DNA from: Candidatus Kaiserbacteria bacterium
Lineage (GTDB): Bacteria; Patescibacteriota; Minisyncoccia; Phycocordibacterales; Phycocordibacteraceae
NCBI GenBank assembly: GCA_016217905.1
Contig: JACRFL010000013.1
Location: 3,184-67,183 of the forward strand
DNA: 64,000 bases
Direction: 5' to 3'
Position numbers and translations under genes: made by a program
The notes under the pieces: model-generated
Database searches by the model: none
What the model saw: the letters and a program-made list of their open reading frames with translations, nothing else
Told to the model about the DNA's origin: nothing
Part shown: piece by piece, positions 48,244-60,611 of the stretch
How the letters are laid out: every line of letters begins with the position of its first letter
Position numbering within the stretch: the stretch's first letter is position 1

Positions 48244-51063
48244 TTAGGCGCCGAGGATCGCGAGCGCACGAGTAAGCGCGAGCTTCGCGCCCGTCACGCC
48301 CGTCGAGTAGCTGGAGTCGATAGCGGTTGTGAGGGAGGCAACGAGCTTCTCCAGAACCGGCGTCGAAAATCGGGCGGTCAAGCGTACGATTCCGGCATCG
48401 CAGGTAGTGCCGTCAATACGCGCGCGATACGCGTCGTCGATGAGGCAGACGATGCTTGAGAGAAGCTGCTCCGGCGCACCGGCACCCTGCACATGCCCCC
48501 GCAACCCAGCGAAGACCGCGGCACGGTCGCCCTCAAGCAGCGCGGCGGCAAAATCGCGAACGGATGCGGGTGCTGCAACTGCCGTCGCCGCCTCGCCGGT
48601 ATCGGCGGCAATCGGTTCGACGTTTTCATACACCGGCTCAACCCTTTCATATATCGGCTCTACTCGCGGCGCCGGTTCCCCTTTTTCTTCGACAGTTCGC
48701 GGAAGATGGTGCCGCGAAAGGCTCTTCACGATGTCATCAATCGAGAGCGCGCCGTCGTGCGCAAAAGACTTGAATCCGTGGTACGGCGAATACCCGCGCG
48801 GCGTCGCGGGCTCTGGCACAGGGAGAAGAGATTCGTTTTTCTCCGGAGGTTTCGGGTGCGGCGGAGCTACGGAAACGGCCCGCGTGGAAAGCGCAGTCGA
48901 AACGCGGGAAACGAAGCTGCGAATCGAGCGGTTCGCGAACGGCACCGCGCCGAAGAGCACGAGATACGCAAGCGCGAGCGCCCATCCGACAAGGGCGATC
49001 CAATACAGTACCGTGCCGACGGGTCCGAGCTCAAGGCCGGTGTACGGAATTTGAGAAAGATAGAGATACGCGAGCGGTTGCGCGTTCACGTGCGGAAGCG
49101 CCGCAAGCGTGATGGTCGGCGGAGGCGGGCCTCCTCCGCCACCACCGCCACCACCGCAGTTGCTGGTGCATCCGCCTCCGCCTCCGCCAGTCACAGAGAG
49201 CGCCGCGGTACAGGTGAGCGTCTGGCCGGTATTCGCCGTGAATACACCGGTGTACGTGTAGCTGCCTACGGCCGTCGGCGACACACTTGTCGAACTCGGT
49301 ATCGTCGTCGTCGCGCCGACACCGTTGTCTATAGACACGCTTTGTATTCCCGAGCCGCCCCACGAGAGCGTCGCCGAACTGCCAGAAACAATGCTGGTCG
49401 GACTGACGGCGAGAACGCACGACGGACCTCCGCCGCCGCCTCCGCCTGTGTTAACCGAGACCGTCGCGGTACAAGTCGCGGTTCCACCCGTCGGACTCAC
49501 CACTGTGCCGGTAAAGATAGTGTCCGCATTGATCGCGAGAGACATTATCGAACCGCCCACTGCGGGACTCACCGAGCCGATGCCCTGATTAATACTGAAA
49601 GTGTCGGCATTTGTGGCCGTCCACGTAAGCGATGCGCGATCGCCTCTATTCACTTTCACCGGAGAGGCGAGAAGCGTGCAGGTGGGTGCGGACGGAGGGG
49701 GTGGGGGTGGGGGTTTCGTCGTGACCGTCACCGTCGCCGCGCAAGTTGCCGAGCCGCCCGCGCCGGTGGCGGTGCCGGTGTACGTGGTGGTAAGGGTCGG
49801 CGAGACCGACTTCGAGCCGGACGCGACCGGCGCCACGGAGCCGATAGTGTGATTAATCGAGAACGATGCCGCATTCGCGGTCGTCCAAGAAAGTGTCGAA
49901 GGCGAGCCGGTCTGAATAGTCGTCGGCGATGCGACAAGGGTGCAGGTGGGAGCGGGAGGTGGGGGTGGGAGATGCGGGTATGTGCAGGTGATACCGGCCT
50001 GGCTCGTCGCAGCCGGGTTGTAGTTGGTGGCGGAGGGGTCCATACAGCCGTAAACGGGAGGGGGCGGGGGCGGTGTTGGGGTGACCGTAACGGTTGTCGA
50101 GCACGTTACAGAACCGCCCGCGCCGGTGGCGGTGCCGGTGTACGTGGTGGTAAGGGTCGGCGAGACCGACTTCGAGCCGGACGCGACCGGCGCCACGGAG
50201 CCGATAGTGTGGTCGATGGAAAATGCCGCAGCACTCGTCGTCGTCCATGAAAGCGTTAAAGAGGAGCCGACTTGGACGGTCGAAGGCGACGCCGAGAGTG
50301 CACAGGCAGGAGTGACAAGGGGCGGAGGAGCGCAACCCGGATCAGTCCCTATGTATTTATAGTTTCGCGGAGTCGAATCATCGTAGGCCCAGATCTGCCA
50401 GTTATTCCCGTTTAGATCATTACCGCCAGTACAGTAATTGGTCCAGATGGGCTCGACGACAACGGGAGCGACACATCCGTTCGCAATCGTTCCGTTTTCT
50501 ACAAACAGGTAGTTCGTCGGGGTGGAATTATCGTATGCCCATATTTGCCATGGGTGCAAAACGTCATTCGCTCCCGTACAGTAATTAGTCCACACGGGGG
50601 GCGGGGACGAGACTGCGATCTCAGCCGTACAGGTACCCTCCCCGCCCGGGCCCGAGACAGTCATCGTGTAGTTCGTCGTCGCTGTGACGGAGATTGTTCG
50701 AGAGCCGGAGTCAGCGGGCGAAACCGCTCCTACACCGTTGTCGATAGCTGCGCCCGTGGCCGTAGTCGTTGTCCACGAGAGCGTCGAGGAGCCGCCGCCG
50801 AAGGCGAGCGAAGCCGGGTTCGCGGAGAGCGCGCAGGTGGGTGCGGGCGGCCCGTCTAGACCGCCGCCGCCGCCGTCACCAGCGCCGCCTCCTCCCCCGC
50901 CCCCATCTCCGCCGCCACCTCCTCCACCGCCCCCATCTCCCTCGGCAAGCGCATGGAGAACGCCGAACGGAGACAACTCACCGTAGTGCTGCAGCACAAA
51001 GCCGCGCGAGAGCGCGAGTAGCATAAAAAGCAGTATCAGGGTGATCGAATATCGGAAAGGCAT
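48244..51063 (-). CDS. Large surface protein: signal peptide, poly-Gly linkers, about 5 repeated Ig-like domains, one TM helix and a cytoplasmic C-terminal domain
   Basis: N-terminal signal, GGGGGGGGGGDGGGGGGG linkers, repeated CxL.ASP..v..G...tLsWtt units, a TM segment VLYWIALVGWALALAYLVLFGAV and a roughly 230-aa C-terminal domain. Confidence 0.65.
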   Translation of the reverse strand: MPFRYSITLILLFMLLALSRGFVLQHYGELSPFGVLHALAEGDGGGGGGGGGDGGGGGGGAGDGGGGGLDGPPAPTCALSANPASLAFGGGSSTLSWTTTTATGAAIDNGVGAVSPADSGSRTISVTATTNYTMTVSGPGGEGTCTAEIAVSSPPPVWTNYCTGANDVLHPWQIWAYDNSTPTNYLFVENGTIANGCVAPVVVEPIWTNYCTGGNDLNGNNWQIWAYDDSTPRNYKYIGTDPGCAPPPLVTPACALSASPSTVQVGSSLTLSWTTTSAAAFSIDHTIGSVAPVASGSKSVSPTLTTTYTGTATGAGGSVTCSTTVTVTPTPPPPPPVYGCMDPSATNYNPAATSQAGITCTYPHLPPPPPAPTCTLVASPTTIQTGSPSTLSWTTANAASFSINHTIGSVAPVASGSKSVSPTLTTTYTGTATGAGGSATCAATVTVTTKPPPPPPPSAPTCTLLASPVKVNRGDRASLTWTATNADTFSINQGIGSVSPAVGGSIMSLAINADTIFTGTVVSPTGGTATCTATVSVNTGGGGGGGPSCVLAVSPTSIVSGSSATLSWGGSGIQSVSIDNGVGATTTIPSSTSVSPTAVGSYTYTGVFTANTGQTLTCTAALSVTGGGGGGCTSNCGGGGGGGGGPPPPTITLAALPHVNAQPLAYLYLSQIPYTGLELGPVGTVLYWIALVGWALALAYLVLFGAVPFANRSIRSFVSRVSTALSTRAVSVAPPHPKPPEKNESLLPVPEPATPRGYSPYHGFKSFAHDGALSIDDIVKSLSRHHLPRTVEEKGEPAPRVEPIYERVEPVYENVEPIAADTGEAATAVAAPASVRDFAAALLEGDRAAVFAGLRGHVQGAGAPEQLLSSIVCLIDDAYRARIDGTTCDAGIVRLTARFSTPVLEKLVASLTTAIDSSYSTGVTGAKLALTRALAILGA
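49753..49850. repeat. Copy 1 of a roughly 98-bp perfect direct repeat inside the surface-protein gene
   Basis: Identical to 50113-50212; it encodes duplicated Ig-like repeat units. Confidence 0.7.
50113..50212. repeat. Copy 2 of the roughly 98-bp perfect direct repeat
   Basis: Identical to 49753-49850. Confidence 0.7.
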
Positions 51064-51163
51064 GCGTTAATTCCTATTTCCGAGACGCCTCATCGAGACG
51101 TGCCGGAAAAGGGATCCATCGGGAGATGCGCGAACGCACCTCCGATGGACACGAGCGCAGAGA

Positions 51164-52261
51164 TTATTCGATCCAGTGCTCGTTCATGATGCAATCCGGG
51201 ACCGGATTGCTGTCCCACTCGCCGAGCGTAGTGCCCGGCAAACGGTTGAAGAACCGGAGCTCGTGGAGCCCCGTTTGGTGATATCGAGGCGGCGATACGA
51301 CATCATCGTTTATCGATACAACCCGGATTGCATCCCAAGTCTCGAGCTGAGCTCGTGAAAACTGAAGCTCGTGGAGCCCCGTTATCGGGACATCGCCAAG
51401 GACGTGCTCCTCGGTTACCGCAGGCGCTTCGCCGCGAACCTCCGGTGTCATGATGAACGACACACGGAAGACCCTGGTGGTCGCACTGCGCGCGATTTCT
51501 CCGGCAGCGTAGGCCTTGCGGAACTGCCCGCCGTGCATCCGCGAGACATGCGATGCTCCGACGAATTTTTCTTCGAGCTCTTCTTTTGCCGCCGTGCGCT
51601 CGACCCCAGGAAGGTTGAATGCTTTGCGTTCCCAAACGTTCACCTTCAGGGTGTACACGTCCGGGCACGCCCCGAGTGGCTTGAGAACGGCAGGCACTAC
51701 CGGTTGTTCCGGAGAAGCCGTTGCCACCCAGCTGACGTTGAAGCACACGAATGGGAGGTACAGAACGTAAACCTTCCCTTCGTGCGCAAACGTCCACGAG
51801 AACGCCTTCGCCGCTTCGGCGACCGCGCCCTTGCGGTACGACCGGCCGTCGGGCGATTTGAGAACCGGCAATTCCCCCACCGTGACGTTGTTCATCACGT
51901 GCGGTTTGGGGCCGCCGCTCCACATCTGCTCGAGCCGCTGGTGCGGCGTAAGCCACACCTCGGTGCCGCCTTTGCAGGTGGCGCCGAGAGCGGCCTTGAA
52001 ATGCTCCTTGACCGGCGGCGGCATGTTAAAGCCGTCGATGGACTCAATAAGCACTTTCGCGCATGCTTCCTCTTTCGAAGAAGCAAACGGTGCGATGTTC
52101 CACCTGTCCCATTTCACTCCGGCCTCGGCTGCTCGCACCTCCGGGATGACCATTGTCGGAATGAATATGAGCAGCAAAAACGCTGCGAACAGGAGAAGCA
52201 CCTTGAAGGCGATTTCCCGCACTTTGATTTTCATAGCACTTCTCCTGCCTGTGCCGCGCAA
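51164..52261 (-). CDS. Hypothetical membrane-anchored extracellular protein
   Basis: N-terminal TM helix (IAFKVLLLFAAFLLLIFIPTMVI), a roughly 330-aa unknown domain with conserved Cys. The start could instead be MKIKV at 52237. Confidence 0.5.
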   Translation of the reverse strand: MRGTGRRSAMKIKVREIAFKVLLLFAAFLLLIFIPTMVIPEVRAAEAGVKWDRWNIAPFASSKEEACAKVLIESIDGFNMPPPVKEHFKAALGATCKGGTEVWLTPHQRLEQMWSGGPKPHVMNNVTVGELPVLKSPDGRSYRKGAVAEAAKAFSWTFAHEGKVYVLYLPFVCFNVSWVATASPEQPVVPAVLKPLGACPDVYTLKVNVWERKAFNLPGVERTAAKEELEEKFVGASHVSRMHGGQFRKAYAAGEIARSATTRVFRVSFIMTPEVRGEAPAVTEEHVLGDVPITGLHELQFSRAQLETWDAIRVVSINDDVVSPPRYHQTGLHELRFFNRLPGTTLGEWDSNPVPDCIMNEHWIE

Positions 52262-52298
52262 GCGGCGATTGGTTGAAAGAACTTTTCTCTCCCTTACG

Positions 52299-52344
52299 GA
52301 GAGCCACGCGATTTCCGGCGTTAGCCGGAAATCGCGTGGCTCTC
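52299..52344. terminator. Perfect 21-bp-stem hairpin (GAGAGCCACGCGATTTCCGGC-gtta-GCCGGAAATCGCGTGGCTCTC) overlapping the sortase stop codon
   Basis: Verified perfect inverted repeat. The right arm encodes the last 7 codons of the sortase; the loop contains the TAA stop. Probable terminator or attenuator between the sortase gene and the downstream gene. Confidence 0.55.
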
Positions 52345-52998
52345 AACAAAGTCTGCGGTGACAACGAACCGGTCCGTTTTCTTCCCGAAGGAGTCGCAGG
52401 TCACAAGCGTAAGCACCTTCCCCCCTGTAGAAAGCGGAATGGCCGTGTTATCGTTCGCGCTTTCTTTCGCGACGCTTTGCACCCGGTACGTATACGCCGC
52501 GCCCGAAGCGTACACGATAATCGCGTCTCCGGCAACGAGCTTCTGGATGCCGTTGAAGGTCTTGTACGCTTGATTCTTGACGACCGGCAGGTAGCTCGAG
52601 TGCCCGAAGAGAACGACATTGCCCGTCTCTCCGAGCAGGGCCGATGTCGGGTAGCGCACCGCTCCCGACAGGAGCTCTCGGTCAAGCGCATCGATTGCGG
52701 TCGTTGTCGGGTTCACGACTGCCGCCGAAAGGCCGATGGCGGAAATTTCTATCTTCGTCGGCAATTCAGAAACGACCGGTGACGCCTGCGTTCTCCGCTC
52801 CGATGTCGCGCGCGAGACGGCCGGAGACGCGGAAACGGCACCGGTCGCACGCGCTTCCGGCAAAAGATCGAGCCTGCCGAGCACGGCGATGCTTCCGAGA
52901 AACAGTGCGGCGAAAAAACAAAGAAAGCTCCACTTCCGCGCGTACGCGCGCTCCGCGGCTTCGACAAGCCCCACGATAAAATCAATAAACTTCTGCAT
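52321..52998 (-). CDS. Sortase-family transpeptidase
   Basis: N-terminal TM anchor, catalytic His context VVLFGHSS and the TLVTCD Cys motif (TLxTC). Confidence 0.8.
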   Translation of the reverse strand: MQKFIDFIVGLVEAAERAYARKWSFLCFFAALFLGSIAVLGRLDLLPEARATGAVSASPAVSRATSERRTQASPVVSELPTKIEISAIGLSAAVVNPTTTAIDALDRELLSGAVRYPTSALLGETGNVVLFGHSSYLPVVKNQAYKTFNGIQKLVAGDAIIVYASGAAYTYRVQSVAKESANDNTAIPLSTGGKVLTLVTCDSFGKKTDRFVVTADFVESHAISG

Positions 52999-53103
52999 AT
53001 CGTCTTATCAAGAAATACACCATTGTGTTACACCTGTCAAGCTTGACATAGAAAGTACATCATGTTATGTATAACGCATCCTATGGACACACCGGACACC
53101 CAT

Positions 53104-53844
53104 ATGTCAGCCCGCCAGACGGCCACAAACGTCCTTGCGGTCGTCGGCTTCATCGCGATTATCGGCGCGAGCCTCTGGCTCGCCGCGTACTCGACGCGTT
53201 TCGTCCCCTCGGTGGCGGGGCGCATCGGCAGCGCGGCCGTGTACCTCGGCTCGATCTTCTCCTCTTCCGAGGAACCCGCTCTCTCGGTTGTCTCGACGCC
53301 AGCCGCGTCCTCGACAATCACTTTTGGTGAGGCGGTTTTAACCACGACTGATGAAATAACGCTTCCCGTAACGCCCCCAAAAGCGCCCGCCCCGACCCCG
53401 GGCGCAAAGACGAGCAACGTGTACTCGCTCGGCAGTGCAACGACGACCGCCCCCGCCGTGCAAGGGGGACTTCCTGATCTCATCGTAAACATCGATGCGA
53501 TCGGCTACCTCGCCACAACCTCGGCGGAATCCTTCATCGCCAGCTCGACCGTCCCCGTTCACAACCGCCCGGCGGTCGCGTTTACTATCAAAAACGTCGG
53601 TACGGGCGCGACCGGAACGTGGCGCTGGAGCGCATCCATCCCGACGCAAACTGCATATATATACCAGTCGCAGCCGCAGCAGTCGCTGAATCCAGGCGAC
53701 CGTATCGACTATACACTCGGCTTCGACCAGGCGAATAAGGGCGCTCAGACCATCTCCATTACCGCAAACTTCGACCGCGCTGTCGTCGAGTCGAACTCGA
53801 ACAATAACAGCGCTTCCGTAAACGTAACTATTCTCGGTTCCTAA
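53104..53844 (+). CDS. Secreted protein with a C-terminal CARDB-like domain
   Basis: Signal or TM region VLAVVGFIAIIGASLWLAA, a Thr/Ala-rich linker, and a C-terminal PDLIVNID...FTIKNVGTGATG...NNNSASVNVTI pattern typical of CARDB. Confidence 0.55.
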   Translation: MSARQTATNVLAVVGFIAIIGASLWLAAYSTRFVPSVAGRIGSAAVYLGSIFSSSEEPALSVVSTPAASSTITFGEAVLTTTDEITLPVTPPKAPAPTPGAKTSNVYSLGSATTTAPAVQGGLPDLIVNIDAIGYLATTSAESFIASSTVPVHNRPAVAFTIKNVGTGATGTWRWSASIPTQTAYIYQSQPQQSLNPGDRIDYTLGFDQANKGAQTISITANFDRAVVESNSNNNSASVNVTILGS

Positions 53845-55931
53845 ACGTCCAGATTCGCAAGTTTCGCATTGCTTTGGATGAAGGACTTGCGCGAGGCGAC
53901 GTCTGTACCCATGAGAATGTCGAAGATGCGGTCGGCCGCCTCGGCGTCGTCGATGGAAACCTGCTTTAACACGCGGCGCGTAGGATCCATCGTCGTCTCC
54001 CAGAGCTCGCTCGGATTCATTTCTCCGAGACCTTTGTAGCGCTGGATATTCACCTTCGTCGCCTTCTTCGTCGCGACGACTTCCCCTTCGGCCTCCTCGA
54101 GGGCTTCATCGCCCTCAAGCGGATTTTCCGAAATCTCCCCCGTGGCGGTACCGAGCTCTTTCAATACCGCCTCCTTCTCTTTATCCGAATACGCGTACGC
54201 GACGGATTTGCCTTTGACAATTTTATACAGAGGCGGTTGGGCGATGTAGACGAAACCGCCTTCGATAATCGGCCGGAAGTGGCGGTAGAGAAGCGTGAGA
54301 AGCAGCGTGCGGATGTGCGCGCCGTCGACGTCTGCATCGGTCGCGATGATGATCTTGTGGTAGCGCAGCTTGGAAATGTCGAAGACGTCCCCGATGGCGG
54401 TACCCATCGCGATGACAAGCGCGCGGATCTCGATAGAGGCGAGCATGCGGTCGATGCGCGCGCGCTCGACGTTGAGGATCTTCCCGCGCAAGGGAAGAAT
54501 GGCTTGCGTTCGACGGTCTCTGCCCTGCTTGCTCGAGCCGCCAGCCGAATCGCCCTCCACGATGAAGAGCTCGCCCTCCTCCGCGCTCTTAGTCTGGCAG
54601 TCGGCGAGCTTGCCGGGGAGCGTCATGCCCTCGAGAGCCCCCTTGCGCAGCACCGAATCCTTGGCCGCCTTCGCCGCCTTGCGCGCCTTCAGCGCCAGCA
54701 AGACTTTGTTGATGATGGCGCGCGCATCATCCGGGTTCTCCTCAAGAAACGCGCTTAGCGCCTCTCCAAAGACGGTCGAGACGGCGCCCTGCGCCTCGAC
54801 CGAGCCGAGCTTCGCCTTCGTCTGCCCCTCGAACTGAATCTCGGGAAGCTTGACCGAGATAACGGCGGTGATGCCCTCAAGCACGTCGTCGCCGGTGAAG
54901 TTTTCGTCCTTCTCTTTCAGGATGTTCGCGCTTCTGCCGTAGGTGTTGAGCGCGCGGGTGAGCGCCGTCTTGAAACCGGTGATGTGCGTGCCGCCCTCGC
55001 TGTTGTAGGTGTTGTTGGCGAAGGCGGCGATGCGCGAGGTTATATCATCGACATACTGAAGCGCGACTTCGACCTGTACATTGTCCTGCTCGCGCTCGAC
55101 GTAGAAAATGTTTTTGTGCACGGGCGTTTGGTGCTTGTTATAAAAGGCGACGAGCGACTTGAGACCCCCCTCAAAGTAGAATGTCATCGACGGAACGTTC
55201 AGCTTCTGCTCGCGAAGGAAGAGCGTATCCGTTTCAAACGCATCCTTCGCTGCGCGCGCGTCAATGAGCGCAATGCGGACGCCTTTCACCAGATACGCCT
55301 GCTGGCGCAGATGCGTAACGATCTTCTCCCAGCTCCATTCGACGCCTTCCTTGAAGATAGTCGCGTCCGGCTTGAAAAAGACGATTGTGCCGTGCTCTTT
55401 CGTCGTGCCAATCTTCTTCACTTTCGCGAGCGGCTTGCCGATCTTGTATTCCTGCATGTGCTGGCCGCCATCCTGGTGCACGACGACCTTCGTGTGTTCG
55501 GAGAGCGCGTTCACCACGGACGCGCCGACGCCGTGAAGGCCTCCCGAGATCTTGTATCCGCTCTCATCGCCGCCGAACTTCCCGCCGGCGTGGAGCGTCG
55601 TCATGATGGTCTCAAGCGCAGAGACCTTTGTTTTCGGATGGATGCCCACGGGAACGCCGCGGCCATTGTCGGCGACGCGCACGTAGCCGTCGGGCAAAAG
55701 CGCGACTTCAATGTCGCCCGCATACCCGCCCATCGCCTCGTCGCGCGCATTGTCGAAGATCTCCCACACGAGGTGGTGGAGACCGTCTGGCCCGGTCGTC
55801 CCGATATACATCCCCGGGCGCTTCCGCACCGGCTCGAGTCCCTCAAGGACGGTAATAGACGAGGCATCATACGCCTTCGCGGCGCCTTTGGCGCCGCGCT
55901 TTTCCCCGCCTTTTTGAGCCGTTTTCGCCAT
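53841..55931 (-). CDS. gyrB: DNA gyrase subunit B (type IIA topoisomerase ATPase subunit)
   Basis: GHKL ATPase motifs (GLHHLVWEIFDNARDE, ADNGRGVP), a TOPRIM domain (EGDSAGG) and the C-terminal tail. It overlaps the CARDB gene stop by 4 nt. Confidence 0.9.
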   Translation of the reverse strand: MAKTAQKGGEKRGAKGAAKAYDASSITVLEGLEPVRKRPGMYIGTTGPDGLHHLVWEIFDNARDEAMGGYAGDIEVALLPDGYVRVADNGRGVPVGIHPKTKVSALETIMTTLHAGGKFGGDESGYKISGGLHGVGASVVNALSEHTKVVVHQDGGQHMQEYKIGKPLAKVKKIGTTKEHGTIVFFKPDATIFKEGVEWSWEKIVTHLRQQAYLVKGVRIALIDARAAKDAFETDTLFLREQKLNVPSMTFYFEGGLKSLVAFYNKHQTPVHKNIFYVEREQDNVQVEVALQYVDDITSRIAAFANNTYNSEGGTHITGFKTALTRALNTYGRSANILKEKDENFTGDDVLEGITAVISVKLPEIQFEGQTKAKLGSVEAQGAVSTVFGEALSAFLEENPDDARAIINKVLLALKARKAAKAAKDSVLRKGALEGMTLPGKLADCQTKSAEEGELFIVEGDSAGGSSKQGRDRRTQAILPLRGKILNVERARIDRMLASIEIRALVIAMGTAIGDVFDISKLRYHKIIIATDADVDGAHIRTLLLTLLYRHFRPIIEGGFVYIAQPPLYKIVKGKSVAYAYSDKEKEAVLKELGTATGEISENPLEGDEALEEAEGEVVATKKATKVNIQRYKGLGEMNPSELWETTMDPTRRVLKQVSIDDAEAADRIFDILMGTDVASRKSFIQSNAKLANLDV

Positions 55932-55991
55932 GTTTCTAATACTTTCATTCTATCACAAAACGCCCCTGTTTGCAGAGTGAAATAACGTCAG

Positions 55992-58543
<2,552 letters not shown>

Positions 58544-58579
58544 TCCAGAAATATAGCAGATTGTGGTACAGTGGCCACG

Positions 58580-59815
58580 ATGAGTCCCGAGGCGTTTGCA
58601 TATCCGTTTCTTTTCATCGCGATATTCTTCGAGTCGTTCATCCTTGTGACGTTCCTCTCGAAGCCCGCGCGCGCTGCGCGCGCGCGTACGCCAAATACGG
58701 AAACGCCCGCGGTCGCCGTCATCGTGCCTTGCTACAATGAGGCCGCGACGGTCGCCGGCACCTGCGAGTCGCTCCTCGCGCTTGACTATCCGAAGGAGAA
58801 GCTCGAGGTCATCCTCGTCGACGACGGTTCGACCGACGGAACCACGAAAGCGATGGCGCGCTTCCGGGGTCATCCGCAGATTCGCGTCATCCGCAAGGAA
58901 AACGGCGGGAAGCATACCGCGCTCAACGCCGGCATCGCCGCGACCTCTGCGGAAATCATCGGGTGTCTCGACGCCGATTCATTCGTCGAGCCGGACGCGC
59001 TCCGTGAGATCGTACCGTGCTTCGCGAATTCGCGCGTGGCGGCGGTCACCGCCGCCATGTCGGTGCATCGCCCGAAAAACCTGCTCCAGCACATGCAGAA
59101 CGCCGAATACACTTTCGGCATCACGCTCCGCCACACGCTCGCCTCGATCAACGGCCTCTACGTCACCCCAGGACCTTTCTCGTTTTATCGACACACCACG
59201 CTCAAGGAGATTGGAGACTTCCGGTACGGCCACCAGACCGAGGACATGGAGATGGCTCTCCGCATCCAGCGGGCGGGTTATGAGATCGAGAACGCGCCAC
59301 GCGCGCGCGCGTACACGAAATCGCCGAACACCATTGCGAAACTTCTCAAGCAGCGCACCCGCTGGACGACCGGATTCTTGAGGAACATTCTCGGAGAATA
59401 TCGCTGCCTCGTGGGGAATCGCGCCCACGGCGCTCTCGGTATGCTGGTGCTCCCTACCGCACTCATCGCCATCGGCGGCGGCATTCTTACTTTTTCTGCC
59501 ACGCTTTTCAATTTTGCCCGGCACGCTATGGCCGCAGCCGAGGTCCGCGCCGGCGTTCCGCTCTCCTATACGCTCCTGATGCGCGGCCCGTTCGATTGGT
59601 TCTATCTCCCCGTGAGTTTTTTCCTGCTGCTCGGCGCGACGATGCTTGTCGCCTCGTTTTCTTTGATCGTCACCGGCAAGCGCATTTCAAAAACGCCGGG
59701 TAACCTTGTGCTCGGCATCGTCTCATATGCGTTCCTCTACGGCCTCGTCGCGCCGCTGTGGCTCCTGCGCGCCACTACCGATGTCGCGCTCGGAAAGCGC
59801 CGCCAGTGGCGCTGA
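58580..59815 (+). CDS. Family-2 glycosyltransferase (processive, cellulose-synthase / NodC-like)
   Basis: Two N-terminal TM helices, then VPCYNE, DDGSTD, the DADS-like CLDADS and QRTRWTTG (QxxRW), then C-terminal TM helices. Confidence 0.85.
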   Translation: MSPEAFAYPFLFIAIFFESFILVTFLSKPARAARARTPNTETPAVAVIVPCYNEAATVAGTCESLLALDYPKEKLEVILVDDGSTDGTTKAMARFRGHPQIRVIRKENGGKHTALNAGIAATSAEIIGCLDADSFVEPDALREIVPCFANSRVAAVTAAMSVHRPKNLLQHMQNAEYTFGITLRHTLASINGLYVTPGPFSFYRHTTLKEIGDFRYGHQTEDMEMALRIQRAGYEIENAPRARAYTKSPNTIAKLLKQRTRWTTGFLRNILGEYRCLVGNRAHGALGMLVLPTALIAIGGGILTFSATLFNFARHAMAAAEVRAGVPLSYTLLMRGPFDWFYLPVSFFLLLGATMLVASFSLIVTGKRISKTPGNLVLGIVSYAFLYGLVAPLWLLRATTDVALGKRRQWR

Positions 59816-59822
59816 TTCTCCC

Positions 59823-60491
59823 ATGTCGCTTCTCGCCAGAAACGCTCTCATAGCCCTTGTCATCACGATCGTGCTCATCGGTACGGTCGCCTATGCACTC
59901 AGCTACCTGAACAACGCCCGCATCGCCGAACTCGCCGCCATCGAGGATCAGCTCTCAATTGACACGCTCTCTCTCGATACGCAATTCTCCCTCCTTGAAG
60001 CGGCGCCGTGCGACAGCGCCGCTTCGTCGACCGCATTTACCGGAACGCTCGCTGACTTGGGCGACCGCCTCTCCTACGCCGAAAGCCAGCTCGGTACGGA
60101 CAACCCACAGGTGGTGCGGCTGAAGCAGCACTATTCCCTGCTCGAGATACGCGACTATCTCATTACCAAGAAACTCGCCGCCGCTTGCAAGACGAAACCC
60201 ATAACCGCGCTCTATTTCTACAGCAATGCCGGCGACTGCGCCGATTGCGACCGGGCTGGCTACGCGCTTTCTTATCTGCGCGACACGTACCCGAATCTGC
60301 GCGTCTATTCGTTCGACTACAATCTCGACCTTGGCGCTTTGGAAACGTTCATCGCGCTCGAGGGCGTGCGGCGGTCGTTGCCGGCTTTCGTCATTAACGA
60401 GAAACCGTTCTACGGCTTTACCTCGCTCGAAGAGCTTGAAAAACAATTCCCGAAAGGGGTGTTCGCAACGACAACCGGTTCCACGCTTTGA
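59823..60491 (+). CDS. Hypothetical membrane-anchored protein with a CxxC motif, possibly thioredoxin-like
   Basis: N-terminal TM helix, a coiled segment, then YFYSNAGDCADCDRAGYALSYL. The ATG is 8 nt after the GT2 stop. Confidence 0.45.
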   Translation: MSLLARNALIALVITIVLIGTVAYALSYLNNARIAELAAIEDQLSIDTLSLDTQFSLLEAAPCDSAASSTAFTGTLADLGDRLSYAESQLGTDNPQVVRLKQHYSLLEIRDYLITKKLAAACKTKPITALYFYSNAGDCADCDRAGYALSYLRDTYPNLRVYSFDYNLDLGALETFIALEGVRRSLPAFVINEKPFYGFTSLEELEKQFPKGVFATTTGSTL

Positions 60492-60568
60492 GTCTCAATT
60501 GTACTCCGCTAGAATCTAGTTTAGCAAAAATCTCGACCGACTTCGCACGCGCCGAGGCCGTATGCGCT

Positions 60569-60608
60569 TGCCCCAGAGCCCGCGCGTACTCGCGCGGGCT
60601 CTGGGGCA
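60569..60608. terminator. Bidirectional terminator hairpin (17-18 bp perfect stem GCCCCAGAGCCCGCGCG-tact-CGCGCGGGCTCTGGGGC)
   Basis: Verified perfect inverted repeat between convergent genes 59823..60491 (+) and 60612..62324 (-). Confidence 0.6.
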
Positions 60609-60611
60609 GAA

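Noticed and set aside
49100-50950. Runs of GGTGG/CCACC and poly-G/C as a possible CRISPR or minisatellite.
   Set aside because: They encode the poly-Gly and poly-Pro linkers of the surface protein. There are no regularly spaced identical repeats with unique spacers.
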